Source: Methanosphaera sp. rholeuAM74
GTDB lineage: Archaea; Methanobacteriota; Methanobacteria; Methanobacteriales; Methanobacteriaceae
Direction: 5' to 3'
Assembly (NCBI GenBank): GCA_003266075.1
Contig: MUZZ01000198.1
Coordinates: 9,980-52,791, forward strand
Length of the DNA: 42,812 nucleotides
Shown: in pieces, positions 35,407 to 42,812 of the stretch
Numbering within the stretch: the stretch's first letter is position 1
How the letters are laid out: every line of letters begins with the position of its first letter
Program-made: the position numbers and the translations under genes
Notes under the pieces: generated by a model
Told to the model about the DNA's origin: nothing
Databases searched by the model: none
The model's input: the letters and a program-made list of their open reading frames with translations, nothing else

Positions 35407-36150
35407 TTATATTTCGAATCCACCGTCTACTTTTATGATTTGTCCGTCCATGAATGCTGAGTCGTCACTTGCCAAGAATAGTGCTACTGTTGCTATGTCT
35501 TCTGGTTGTCCGCATCTTTTTACTGGGCATTGGTCTATCATTTGTTGGACTGCTGATGGTCCTCCTATGCTGTCTACCATTGCTGTGTGTATGAGTCCTG
35601 GTGCTATTCCGTTACACCTTATTTCTGGTCCTAGTTCCCATGCTATGGATTTTGTGAGTCCTGCCATTGCGTGTTTGGAGTCGACGTATGCTGCGAATCC
35701 GTGGTGTGCTCCGAATGATGCTACTGAGCATGTGTTTACTATTGTTCCTTTTCCTTTTTCTTTCATTACTGGTGCTACTAGTTGTGTTAGTAGTAGGCTT
35801 GATGTGACGTTAACGTTGAATATCTTGTTCCATTCTTCTATTGTAAGATCCATTAGTGGTGACATGCTTAGCATTCCTGCGTTGTTAAATAGTATGTCTA
35901 CTGTCCCATAGGTGTCCATTGTGACGTCGAAGATTTTTTGTACGTCGTCTAGGTTTGACATGTCTGCGATTACGTAGATTGCCTCGTTTCCTGCTTCTTT
36001 TATGTCGTCTACTACTTGTTTTGCTCTTTCTTCGTTTCGTCCTGTTACGACTACTTTTGCTCCTTCTTGTGCGAATAGTTTTGCTGATGCTCGTCCCATT
36101 CCTGATGTTGCTCCGGTTACTATTGCTACTTTTCCTTCTAGTTTTGCCAT
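35407..36150 (-). CDS. SDR family NAD(P)-dependent oxidoreductase
   Basis: TGATSGMG, NNAG, YVDSK catalytic motif, VDGG. Confidence 0.95.
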   Translation of the reverse strand: MAKLEGKVAIVTGATSGMGRASAKLFAQEGAKVVVTGRNEERAKQVVDDIKEAGNEAIYVIADMSNLDDVQKIFDVTMDTYGTVDILFNNAGMLSMSPLMDLTIEEWNKIFNVNVTSSLLLTQLVAPVMKEKGKGTIVNTCSVASFGAHHGFAAYVDSKHAMAGLTKSIAWELGPEIRCNGIAPGLIHTAMVDSIGGPSAVQQMIDQCPVKRCGQPEDIATVALFLASDDSAFMDGQIIKVDGGFEI

Positions 36151-36336
36151 GTTTTTTTTGCCTCACATATTTTATATTTATAATAATTTTATTCTTATGT
36201 ATATATTAATCATCATGATTTATATAGTTTTTCATAATTTAATATAATAATTTTACTGTCCATGTATTTGCTAGGATCCCATAGCCCCACTAACAAAAAG
36301 TCTTATAACAAATATTGTATAGAAATAATAGTATAG

Positions 36337-36564
36337 GTGAGTATATTGTTACTAAAATGTGATATATGTGGAACAGAGTTTGACCATACCGAGGCAGGAG
36401 ACTGTGACTGTGGCATGGGATGTGGTGGAGTGAATGTTAAGTGTCCAGAATGTGGAATACACGTGATACTCCCACCAGAACTACAAGAATTAAAAAAACA
36501 TGAAAAGAACTCAAAGAATATGTTAGATCAACTCGAAAAGGAGTTAGGACTTAAATTTGATTAG
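36337..36564 (+). CDS. Small Cys-rich zinc-ribbon protein
   Basis: CDIC, CDC...C, CPEC; 1 bp upstream of trmO; start uncertain (36337 or 36346). Confidence 0.7.
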   Translation: MSILLLKCDICGTEFDHTEAGDCDCGMGCGGVNVKCPECGIHVILPPELQELKKHEKNSKNMLDQLEKELGLKFD

Positions 36565-36565
36565 C

Positions 36566-36955
36566 ATGGATGAAATAACATTCACACCAATAGGATATAT
36601 AAAGTCACCATACACTAGTATAGAGGATATGCCCAAGAATACATCCCAATCAGGGGATACACAAGCACAGATAATAGTTGATGAGAAATACATAGAGTGT
36701 ATGAGTGATATGATGGTAAATGATGAATATATGCTGATATTCTATTTCCACAAATCCATAGGATATGAAGATAAAGTACCACTACGAGGTGTTGGTCCAG
36801 TTATGGGCGTATTTTCGACTCATGCACCGAACAGACCCAACCCAATAGGTGTGTCCACTATAAAAATACGTGAAATAGACTCGAATGTGATTACATTTAC
36901 TGGCGTTGATATGTTAGATGCTACACCAGTACTTGACTTGAAAAAAATATATTAG
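36566..36955 (+). CDS. trmO: tRNA (t6A37)-N6-methyltransferase TrmO/TsaA family
   Basis: 'PIGYIKSPY...P...GVFSTHAPNRPNPIGVS...GVDMLDATPVLDLK'. Confidence 0.9.
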   Translation: MDEITFTPIGYIKSPYTSIEDMPKNTSQSGDTQAQIIVDEKYIECMSDMMVNDEYMLIFYFHKSIGYEDKVPLRGVGPVMGVFSTHAPNRPNPIGVSTIKIREIDSNVITFTGVDMLDATPVLDLKKIY

Positions 36956-36985
36956 AGATGAAAAAAATAGTTAAATACAATATTT

Positions 36986-37366
36986 TTATACGTATATGTT
37001 CTTTTGTCCACATTTAGGACAGTGACTTAGTGATGAATTATATCTTGCACCACATCCAGGGTATTTACAGGTTTTTATGTACCCACTTGCCTTGTTTACT
37101 CCTGCTTCTTCATAGGTTACCTTTCCCCCAGATGATGACGAAGATGATGATGATGATTTACTAGTTTCTGTAATAGAGTCTTCTTCTTTTGTCAGGTTTT
37201 CTTTTGTGTCCTCTAACTCGTTTTTAACATCTTGTAATTGATGTTTTAAGTCATCATTTTCTTTTTGTAAGTCCTCATAGACTAAGTAGCCCCCTACCGC
37301 CATTATAGCTATTAGTGCTACCAGCAGTACTGATATTATTATACCCACATCTGAACGCATAATCAT
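36986..37366 (-). CDS. Membrane-anchored protein with coiled coil, Ser linker and zinc ribbon
   Basis: N-terminal TM; CKYPGC...CPKC. Confidence 0.75.
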   Translation of the reverse strand: MIMRSDVGIIISVLLVALIAIMAVGGYLVYEDLQKENDDLKHQLQDVKNELEDTKENLTKEEDSITETSKSSSSSSSSSGGKVTYEEAGVNKASGYIKTCKYPGCGARYNSSLSHCPKCGQKNIYV

Positions 37367-37468
37367 TTTTCTCCATTATAATTGTTATGTATATTTTTGT
37401 AGTTTTTAGTTTAAAAAGTTATTCCAATAATTCTAAATATCATGTTGAATATATAGTCTACTAGTGAA

Positions 37469-38263
37469 GTGTTGGTTATGAAGAGTGATTACGAGGAAGT
37501 TGTTAGTCCAGTTGATAACAAGAAGTACTATTTTGCAGTTGAAGAGGCTGACAATATAAAAGAGATTCCGTTAAAAGAGTTCTTAGTGAGTACCTACCCA
37601 GACATATTAGATAGTCTTAGAAGTGATGGCATTATTGTAGATAACCTTAAGTGGAGGCTTTTTAAGGAAGTCAAGTCTGATGACTGTGTTGTCGGCTATG
37701 TAACATATGACATCCTAGAAGAGTTTACTGACTACACTATCCTAGTTCTTAACAGCTACTATATTATTGGCAAATACCATGACTATGGATTGATTGTTGA
37801 TGATATCATTGAAACCGGCTTTAGCCTAGGATTTAATGTGGTCATCCGTTACCCTGCTAGGTGTCTGGTTGAGGCATTAGTTAAAAAGAATGTTGCAACA
37901 CGTGTAGATGATTCTATTGTCTTATCTGATATTCCATTACTATGTGATACTGTGTCCTTGTCTGATGCCTGTAGTTGTGTTGTTGAGGATTACGTCCTGG
38001 ATAAAAGCAATGCTTCTTATTCTATTTCCACAATTTATGATGTTGACTTGTGTGGAGTTGTTTGTCTGACATCTTCTGTTGATAAGGTCTATGATGGCCA
38101 AGACTTGGATGAGAGTGAACTTGAAGACTACTGTAGCATCGGATTAGCCACTAGGTGTGATGTTGAACGTTTTGACTGTCTTAATAAGCGAAGAAAAGTT
38201 CTTCCTATGGGGGATTACTTTAAGAGTTTAGCCTCGTTATTAGAGGATTATGAGGAAAACTGA
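37469..38263 (+). CDS. Hypothetical protein (possible degenerate GNAT-like fold)
   Basis: 264 aa ORF; 'VVGYVTY...LVLNSYYII' strand pattern. Confidence 0.65.
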   Translation: MLVMKSDYEEVVSPVDNKKYYFAVEEADNIKEIPLKEFLVSTYPDILDSLRSDGIIVDNLKWRLFKEVKSDDCVVGYVTYDILEEFTDYTILVLNSYYIIGKYHDYGLIVDDIIETGFSLGFNVVIRYPARCLVEALVKKNVATRVDDSIVLSDIPLLCDTVSLSDACSCVVEDYVLDKSNASYSISTIYDVDLCGVVCLTSSVDKVYDGQDLDESELEDYCSIGLATRCDVERFDCLNKRRKVLPMGDYFKSLASLLEDYEEN

Positions 38264-38440
38264 TTAAACCTGGCATAATTATTAGTGGTTGCCAGTTATA
38301 CTCTTTTGATTTTTTTAACTCACATCCGTATCTACATCAGCTTTTTCTTTTTCTATTCTTTTTTCAACAACTCATAAATACTATTACTGTTAGATATATT
38401 ATACAATCATAGTTTATTAACACATATATGGGGGAGGTGT

Positions 38441-38905
38441 ATGTCTATGGATAAGCGTTTAATCGGCATCGTTGTTGTGGTTATTGTAGCTTTATTGGGT
38501 TCATTATTCGCATTTAATGGTGATGGTGGCAATTCATCCCTAAACGCCAGTATTGACGTGGCTGACACTGTTAATGTCACCGAGGATGGTGAGTACGTTA
38601 GCGTTGAGGAGGTTTCTGCATATATTAAGAAGTTTCATAAGCTTCCAGGCAATTATATAACTAAGAAGGAGGCTCAGTCGCTCGGATGGAGTGGTGGTCC
38701 ACTTAAGTCCTATGCTCCTGGTAAGAGTATTGGCGGTGATGTCTTCACCAACAGACAGGGATTGTTGCCACCTAGCAGTAAGTACATTGAATGTGATATT
38801 GATGCTAATGGTACTAGTCGTGGTCCTAAGAGAATTGTCTATTCGACTGATGACTACAGGGTTTATTATACTAGTGACCATTATAACAGCTTTAAAGAAG
38901 TATAG
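38441..38905 (+). CDS. Barnase-like extracellular ribonuclease with signal/TM anchor
   Basis: 'KLPGNYITKKEAQSLGW...APGKSIGGDVFTNRQGLLP...YIECDI...RGPKRIVYS...YYTSDHY'. Confidence 0.95.
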   Translation: MSMDKRLIGIVVVVIVALLGSLFAFNGDGGNSSLNASIDVADTVNVTEDGEYVSVEEVSAYIKKFHKLPGNYITKKEAQSLGWSGGPLKSYAPGKSIGGDVFTNRQGLLPPSSKYIECDIDANGTSRGPKRIVYSTDDYRVYYTSDHYNSFKEV

Positions 38906-38920
38906 AATTATTTAGGGGAG

Positions 38921-39175
38921 ATGGTTTTTTTGACGAAAGTTATCATCCTTGATGGTAAGCTTATAAAGAAGAGGTCTCATGACTATTTATCGGAGGTCTT
39001 TGACTTTCCATCATATTATGGTAGGAATCTCGATGCTTTATATGATTGCTTAACTGATATTGGTACCCAAACGGAGATTCACTTGATTAACTCTAGGTAT
39101 GTGTCGTTGGACTTGATTGACACATTCATTGATGCTAGTTGTTCGTCAAGTTTTATTACCTTTATCGAGGAGTAA
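38921..39175 (+). CDS. Barstar family RNase inhibitor
   Basis: 'FPSYYGRNLDALYDCLTD', directly after the barnase gene. Confidence 0.95.
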   Translation: MVFLTKVIILDGKLIKKRSHDYLSEVFDFPSYYGRNLDALYDCLTDIGTQTEIHLINSRYVSLDLIDTFIDASCSSSFITFIEE

Positions 39176-39265
39176 TCCTGATTAACTGGTGGGTTTTATC
39201 TTTGCCCACTTAAATCTTATTTTTATGAAAAGTTTAAAAAAAAAGTTGCAAGTTTTTTTTGGCAT

Positions 39266-40057
39266 TTATATTATATTATGTGTTATTAGTGTAAGTATTA
39301 TCATGATGATTACTGGTATTAGTAGGTATAATATGCTATTTCTTGTTAGCCTTGTTTTGTGTGTATAGATCCTACTATGGCTTGAGTATCCCCTGCTTGC
39401 CATTGCACTGTAGACTATTTCTCCTTTCTCGTATGACCTGATAAACATCATCAGAAACAGGTATCCTACTTGTCGTACCTTCCAGAGGTATGGTGTTTTG
39501 TTTGTGAATGTGAATCCACGTGAAGCCTGTGCATTTCTAATGTTTTGTAGTTCATCATAGAATAGGAATATGAATCTTACAAATAATGTGAATATCATCG
39601 CAAATTCATGTGGCATATGTAGTTGTCTGAATGCTACTGCTAAGTCCTTCATTGGTGTAATGAATGAGAATAATATTGTTGCTGTTATGGTTACCACTAG
39701 TCTTGACAGTAGTAGTGCAGCGAATTCTATTCCCTCTAGAGTTATGTTTAATCCTAGTGGTAGTGCGTATAGTACTTGTCCTGGTTGTATGAATGGCTGG
39801 AATATTGCTATAAAGAATCCGAATGGCAGTATCAGTAGTACCCTCATTAATGCATCTTTCAAGCCTATCTTTGAGATTATTATGAGTATTATCAGGTATA
39901 CTTCCATTGTGATGAATACTAGCTTGTCAGTGCTTGTTACTGTGTAGAATATTACTATTAGTAGGACTATTAGTTTTATTCGTGTGTCTACGCTGTGTAG
40001 TAATGAGTTCTGGTCTGACATCAACTCTTGTTGTTGTAGTTGTTTTATACTTACCAT
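39266..40057 (-). CDS. cbiQ: Co/Ni ECF transporter T component
   Basis: 'DTRIKL...RFIFLFYDELQNIRNAQASRG...FIRSYEKGEIVYSAMASRGY'. Confidence 0.92.
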   Translation of the reverse strand: MVSIKQLQQQELMSDQNSLLHSVDTRIKLIVLLIVIFYTVTSTDKLVFITMEVYLIILIIISKIGLKDALMRVLLILPFGFFIAIFQPFIQPGQVLYALPLGLNITLEGIEFAALLLSRLVVTITATILFSFITPMKDLAVAFRQLHMPHEFAMIFTLFVRFIFLFYDELQNIRNAQASRGFTFTNKTPYLWKVRQVGYLFLMMFIRSYEKGEIVYSAMASRGYSSHSRIYTHKTRLTRNSILYLLIPVIIMIILTLITHNII

Positions 40058-40164
40058 GTTATCATTTTAAATATTTGTTCTTCAATGTTAATATGTTTTA
40101 TTTAAATAATGTTTTAAAAATAGTTTACAAAAAAAGAATAATGAGTTGGAATATTATTACTCAT

Positions 40165-40479
40165 TTATTCGTGTTTGGTTGCAAGGTAGAATACCCCGTA
40201 TGCTAGTGCTACGGTCAATATTGCACCTATGACAAGACAGATGACTCCACCTATAGGGCTTGCATCATCTTCATTTTCTGTTGGGAAATTGTAATCAGGC
40301 ATTATTGGACTAATTACTGAATCAGCTTCAAGTGCATCTGCTGCGACCTGGTATGTTTCACCAATATTTTCTGCTGATTTTTCCAGTCCATCAGGGTCTC
40401 CTGATGCTAGAAATGGTGACAATAAACAGACTATTAATGCTATTACAAATATTCCTGCGTATACAGTTTTATTATCCAT
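40165..40479 (-). CDS. PDGLE-domain protein (NikN-like ECF component)
   Basis: 'ASGDPDGLEKSAE...MPDY' with two TM segments. Confidence 0.9.
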   Translation of the reverse strand: MDNKTVYAGIFVIALIVCLLSPFLASGDPDGLEKSAENIGETYQVAADALEADSVISPIMPDYNFPTENEDDASPIGGVICLVIGAILTVALAYGVFYLATKHE

Positions 40480-40489
40480 ATTATCACCT

Positions 40490-41113
40490 TTAGTTATTCC
40501 ATGCCAGTAGGTCTGGCCTGACTTTTTCCAGTCCAGCTATGATAACTGTGGTAATAATTGCTTCAATTACTCCTATCATTGCGTGGAATAGTCCCATCCA
40601 GTATATTCCGAGACTTAGTGGGAATGTTCCACTTAGTGCCATTTCTATTGCTGCTACTAGTGCTGCAATAAAACATGCTGCCCATGCAGATGCGAATATA
40701 GCTGGGTATTTTCCGATTGAGTCTTTGAGTGCGTTGAATCCATAGTAACCTACAAATCCTCCTACTACACCCATGTTGATTATGTTTGCTCCGAGAGCTG
40801 TGATTCCTCCGTCTCCAAAGAATATTGCTTGGAGGATTAATACCACTGTTAGTACTAGTATTGCTGCGTATGGACTGCAGAATATTATTGCAACTAATGC
40901 TGCTCCTAGTAGGTGACCACTTGATCCAAATGGTACTGGGAGGTTGAATGATTGAATTGCAAATATACCTGCTGCTAGTACTGCGAGTAATGGTATGTAT
41001 TTTTCATCTAAGTTATCTCTACTCCATTTTAGTGAAAGGTATATACATACTATTGCTATTATGTATAATATTGCACATAATGGAATTGATATAAAACCAT
41101 CGGGTATATGCAT
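40490..41113 (-). CDS. cbiM: Co/Ni ECF transporter S component CbiM/NikM
   Basis: 'MHIPDGF...GSSGHLLG...[17 protein letters not shown]'. Confidence 0.95.
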   Translation of the reverse strand: MHIPDGFISIPLCAILYIIAIVCIYLSLKWSRDNLDEKYIPLLAVLAAGIFAIQSFNLPVPFGSSGHLLGAALVAIIFCSPYAAILVLTVVLILQAIFFGDGGITALGANIINMGVVGGFVGYYGFNALKDSIGKYPAIFASAWAACFIAALVAAIEMALSGTFPLSLGIYWMGLFHAMIGVIEAIITTVIIAGLEKVRPDLLAWNN

Positions 41114-41187
41114 ATATTTTATCTCCTAATTTCCTTTATTTATGCGATAGAATGTTTTCTTAATTTATATAAAATGAACATAATTTT

Positions 41188-41215
41188 GTAATACTTTTAT
41201 TTAGTAAATTATTAT
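41188..41215. promoter_or_regulatory. NikR-type operator candidate
   Basis: GTAATA-N16-TATTAT, 75 bp upstream of cbiM; further gtaatac/gtattac half-sites at 41298-41376. Confidence 0.5.
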
Positions 41216-41408
41216 ATTCATACATTTATATATATATGTCTTAATATATAAATTATTCGATAAAAACACATTCTAAGACAATTATAGACAATATACAGTA
41301 TTACTTAAACTTCAAAATACATAAAAAAAGTAATACATTATTACTTTAAGCAACTATAAACAAATAAAAGTAATACAAACAAAAAAAGAATAAAAAATAA
41401 AAGAAAAA

Positions 41409-42035
41409 TTAACCCATATTAATTTCACCCAAAAGGTCAACACAAGTCCCACGAGGATCACTACTAAGCATAATCTCAGAAACAACAGCAACACAATCAA
41501 AACCATAACGTTTCACGATATCATACGCATTCGACGTCTTAATACCACCAATAGCAACAGTAGGAATACTGATATTATCCCTAATCTTAACTAACTCCTC
41601 ATGAGTAGCAATCACAGCATCAGTCTTAGTACTAGTCTCAACAATAGCACCCACACCAACATAATCAGCACCATCACGCTCGGCCAAAAGCGACTGCCTA
41701 AAAGTATGAGTACTAATACCAATAGTCATATCCTCCCCAACAATACTACGAGCAACACTACACGGCATATCACTCTGACCAAGATGCACACCACTAGCAC
41801 CCACAGCCAAGGCAACATCAACACGGTCATTAATAATCAACGGAACATCATAAACATCAGCAATCCGCTTAACCTTTAAAGCCAAGTCACAGAAATCCCT
41901 AGTAGAAGAAGACTTCTCCCTAAGCTGCACAATAGACACACCACCAAGGATAGACTCCTCAACAATATTCAAAAACTCATCTTCACCAAAGCCAAACCTA
42001 TCAGTAACCAAATACAATTCAACACTACCCATCAT
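41409..42035 (-). CDS. thiE: Thiamine-phosphate synthase
   Basis: 'LYLVTD...VQLREK...LIINDRVDVALA...GVHLGQSD...TSTK...VAIGGI'. Confidence 0.97.
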   Translation of the reverse strand: MMGSVELYLVTDRFGFGEDEFLNIVEESILGGVSIVQLREKSSSTRDFCDLALKVKRIADVYDVPLIINDRVDVALAVGASGVHLGQSDMPCSVARSIVGEDMTIGISTHTFRQSLLAERDGADYVGVGAIVETSTKTDAVIATHEELVKIRDNISIPTVAIGGIKTSNAYDIVKRYGFDCVAVVSEIMLSSDPRGTCVDLLGEINMG

Positions 42036-42048
42036 ACAACACCAACTA

Positions 42049-42812
42049 CTAAAACTTTCTCACATCAGCATACTCCAAAACACGAACACCATCAATATTA
42101 GACAACTCATCCATAAGATAAGTCCTGAAAGAACCAGTACCACCACCATTCTGGACGACCTTAGCATGTGCAAGCTCACCACACACACCCATCACAACAC
42201 TAGCACAACCGGCAGCCAACAAAGGATTACTAATACTGACATAAGAAGCCATCAAACAGCCAAGCATACAACCACTACCAGTAATACGAGACAAATCACC
42301 ATGACCATTACGAACCTGCAAAACACTGACACCATCCGAGACAATATCAATAGGACCAGAAACAGCAACAGTAGAACCCAACTTATCAGCTATATTCCTG
42401 ACCAAAACACTGTTAGACTCAACAGTATCCTCATCAATAACATCACCCTCAGCAACGTCAACACCCTTAGCCATAACACACTCATCCAAGACGCCATAAA
42501 AATTAGCAACAGCCTTAATCTCAGACAAATTACCCCTAACAATACTCGGAGAAGCAATCCCAATAAGCTTCAACGGCACATCATTCCTGATACCACTAAC
42601 ACCAATACCCACAGGATCAAGAACATAAGGCTTAGACAACTCTGAAGCCTCTGAAACAGCCAACCTCATAGCAGCAACCTGACCCATAGTCAAAGTACCA
42701 GTATTAACAAGAAGCGAGTCCACAATACCCACAATCTCCCTAGCCTCACAAGGCTCATTAGCCATAATAGGAGAACCACCAATAGCTAAAACAGCATTTG
42801 CACAATCATTAA
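42049..42812 (-). CDS. thiM: Hydroxyethylthiazole kinase (5' truncated by the window)
   Basis: Frame is open to the window edge (NDCANAVLAIGGSPIMA...); 'LDPVG', 'RGNLSEI', 'ITGSGC', 'GTGSF'. Confidence 0.96.
   Translation of the reverse strand, partial: NDCANAVLAIGGSPIMANEPCEAREIVGIVDSLLVNTGTLTMGQVAAMRLAVSEASELSKPYVLDPVGIGVSGIRNDVPLKLIGIASPSIVRGNLSEIKAVANFYGVLDECVMAKGVDVAEGDVIDEDTVESNSVLVRNIADKLGSTVAVSGPIDIVSDGVSVLQVRNGHGDLSRITGSGCMLGCLMASYVSISNPLLAAGCASVVMGVCGELAHAKVVQNGGGTGSFRTYLMDELSNIDGVRVLEYADVRKF

Noticed and set aside
35369-42645. Overlapping ORFs opposite SDR, barnase, cbiQ, cbiM, thiE and thiM
   Set aside because: Antisense shadows of well-supported genes

Overview
AT-rich DNA from a methanogenic archaeon, probably Methanobacteriales and Methanosphaera-like. 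This is inferred from archaeal GGAGG/GGTGA RBSs, oligo-T terminators, pseudomurein-type lysins, adhesin-like proteins and the thiM/thiE/cbiMQ/trmO housekeeping genes. Bases 1-~30560 are the contractile-tail (myovirus-type) module of a provirus or a headless injection system: sheath (partial), tube, endolysin, tail assembly chaperone with a candidate -1 frameshift, spike-like protein, a reverse-strand membrane moron, tape measure protein, a baseplate hub apparently split into three ORFs carrying enzyme-like domains, gp25/J/I-like wedge proteins, and a large set of Ig-like/beta-helix adhesin fibres, one ending in a glycoside-hydrolase-like barrel. No head, integrase or replication genes lie in the window. 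Bases ~30600-34250 are a decayed accessory island: a 38-bp direct repeat pair, a frameshifted HATPase + DUF4325 pair and an intact Panacea antitoxin. From ~34270 host genes resume: ComEA-like protein, SDR, trmO, barnase-barstar, a Ni/Co ECF transporter, thiE and thiM. The window also shows sub-kb to kb alternating A/C-rich and G/T-rich strand domains that are independent of gene direction. All family calls come from motif recognition by eye, not database searches.
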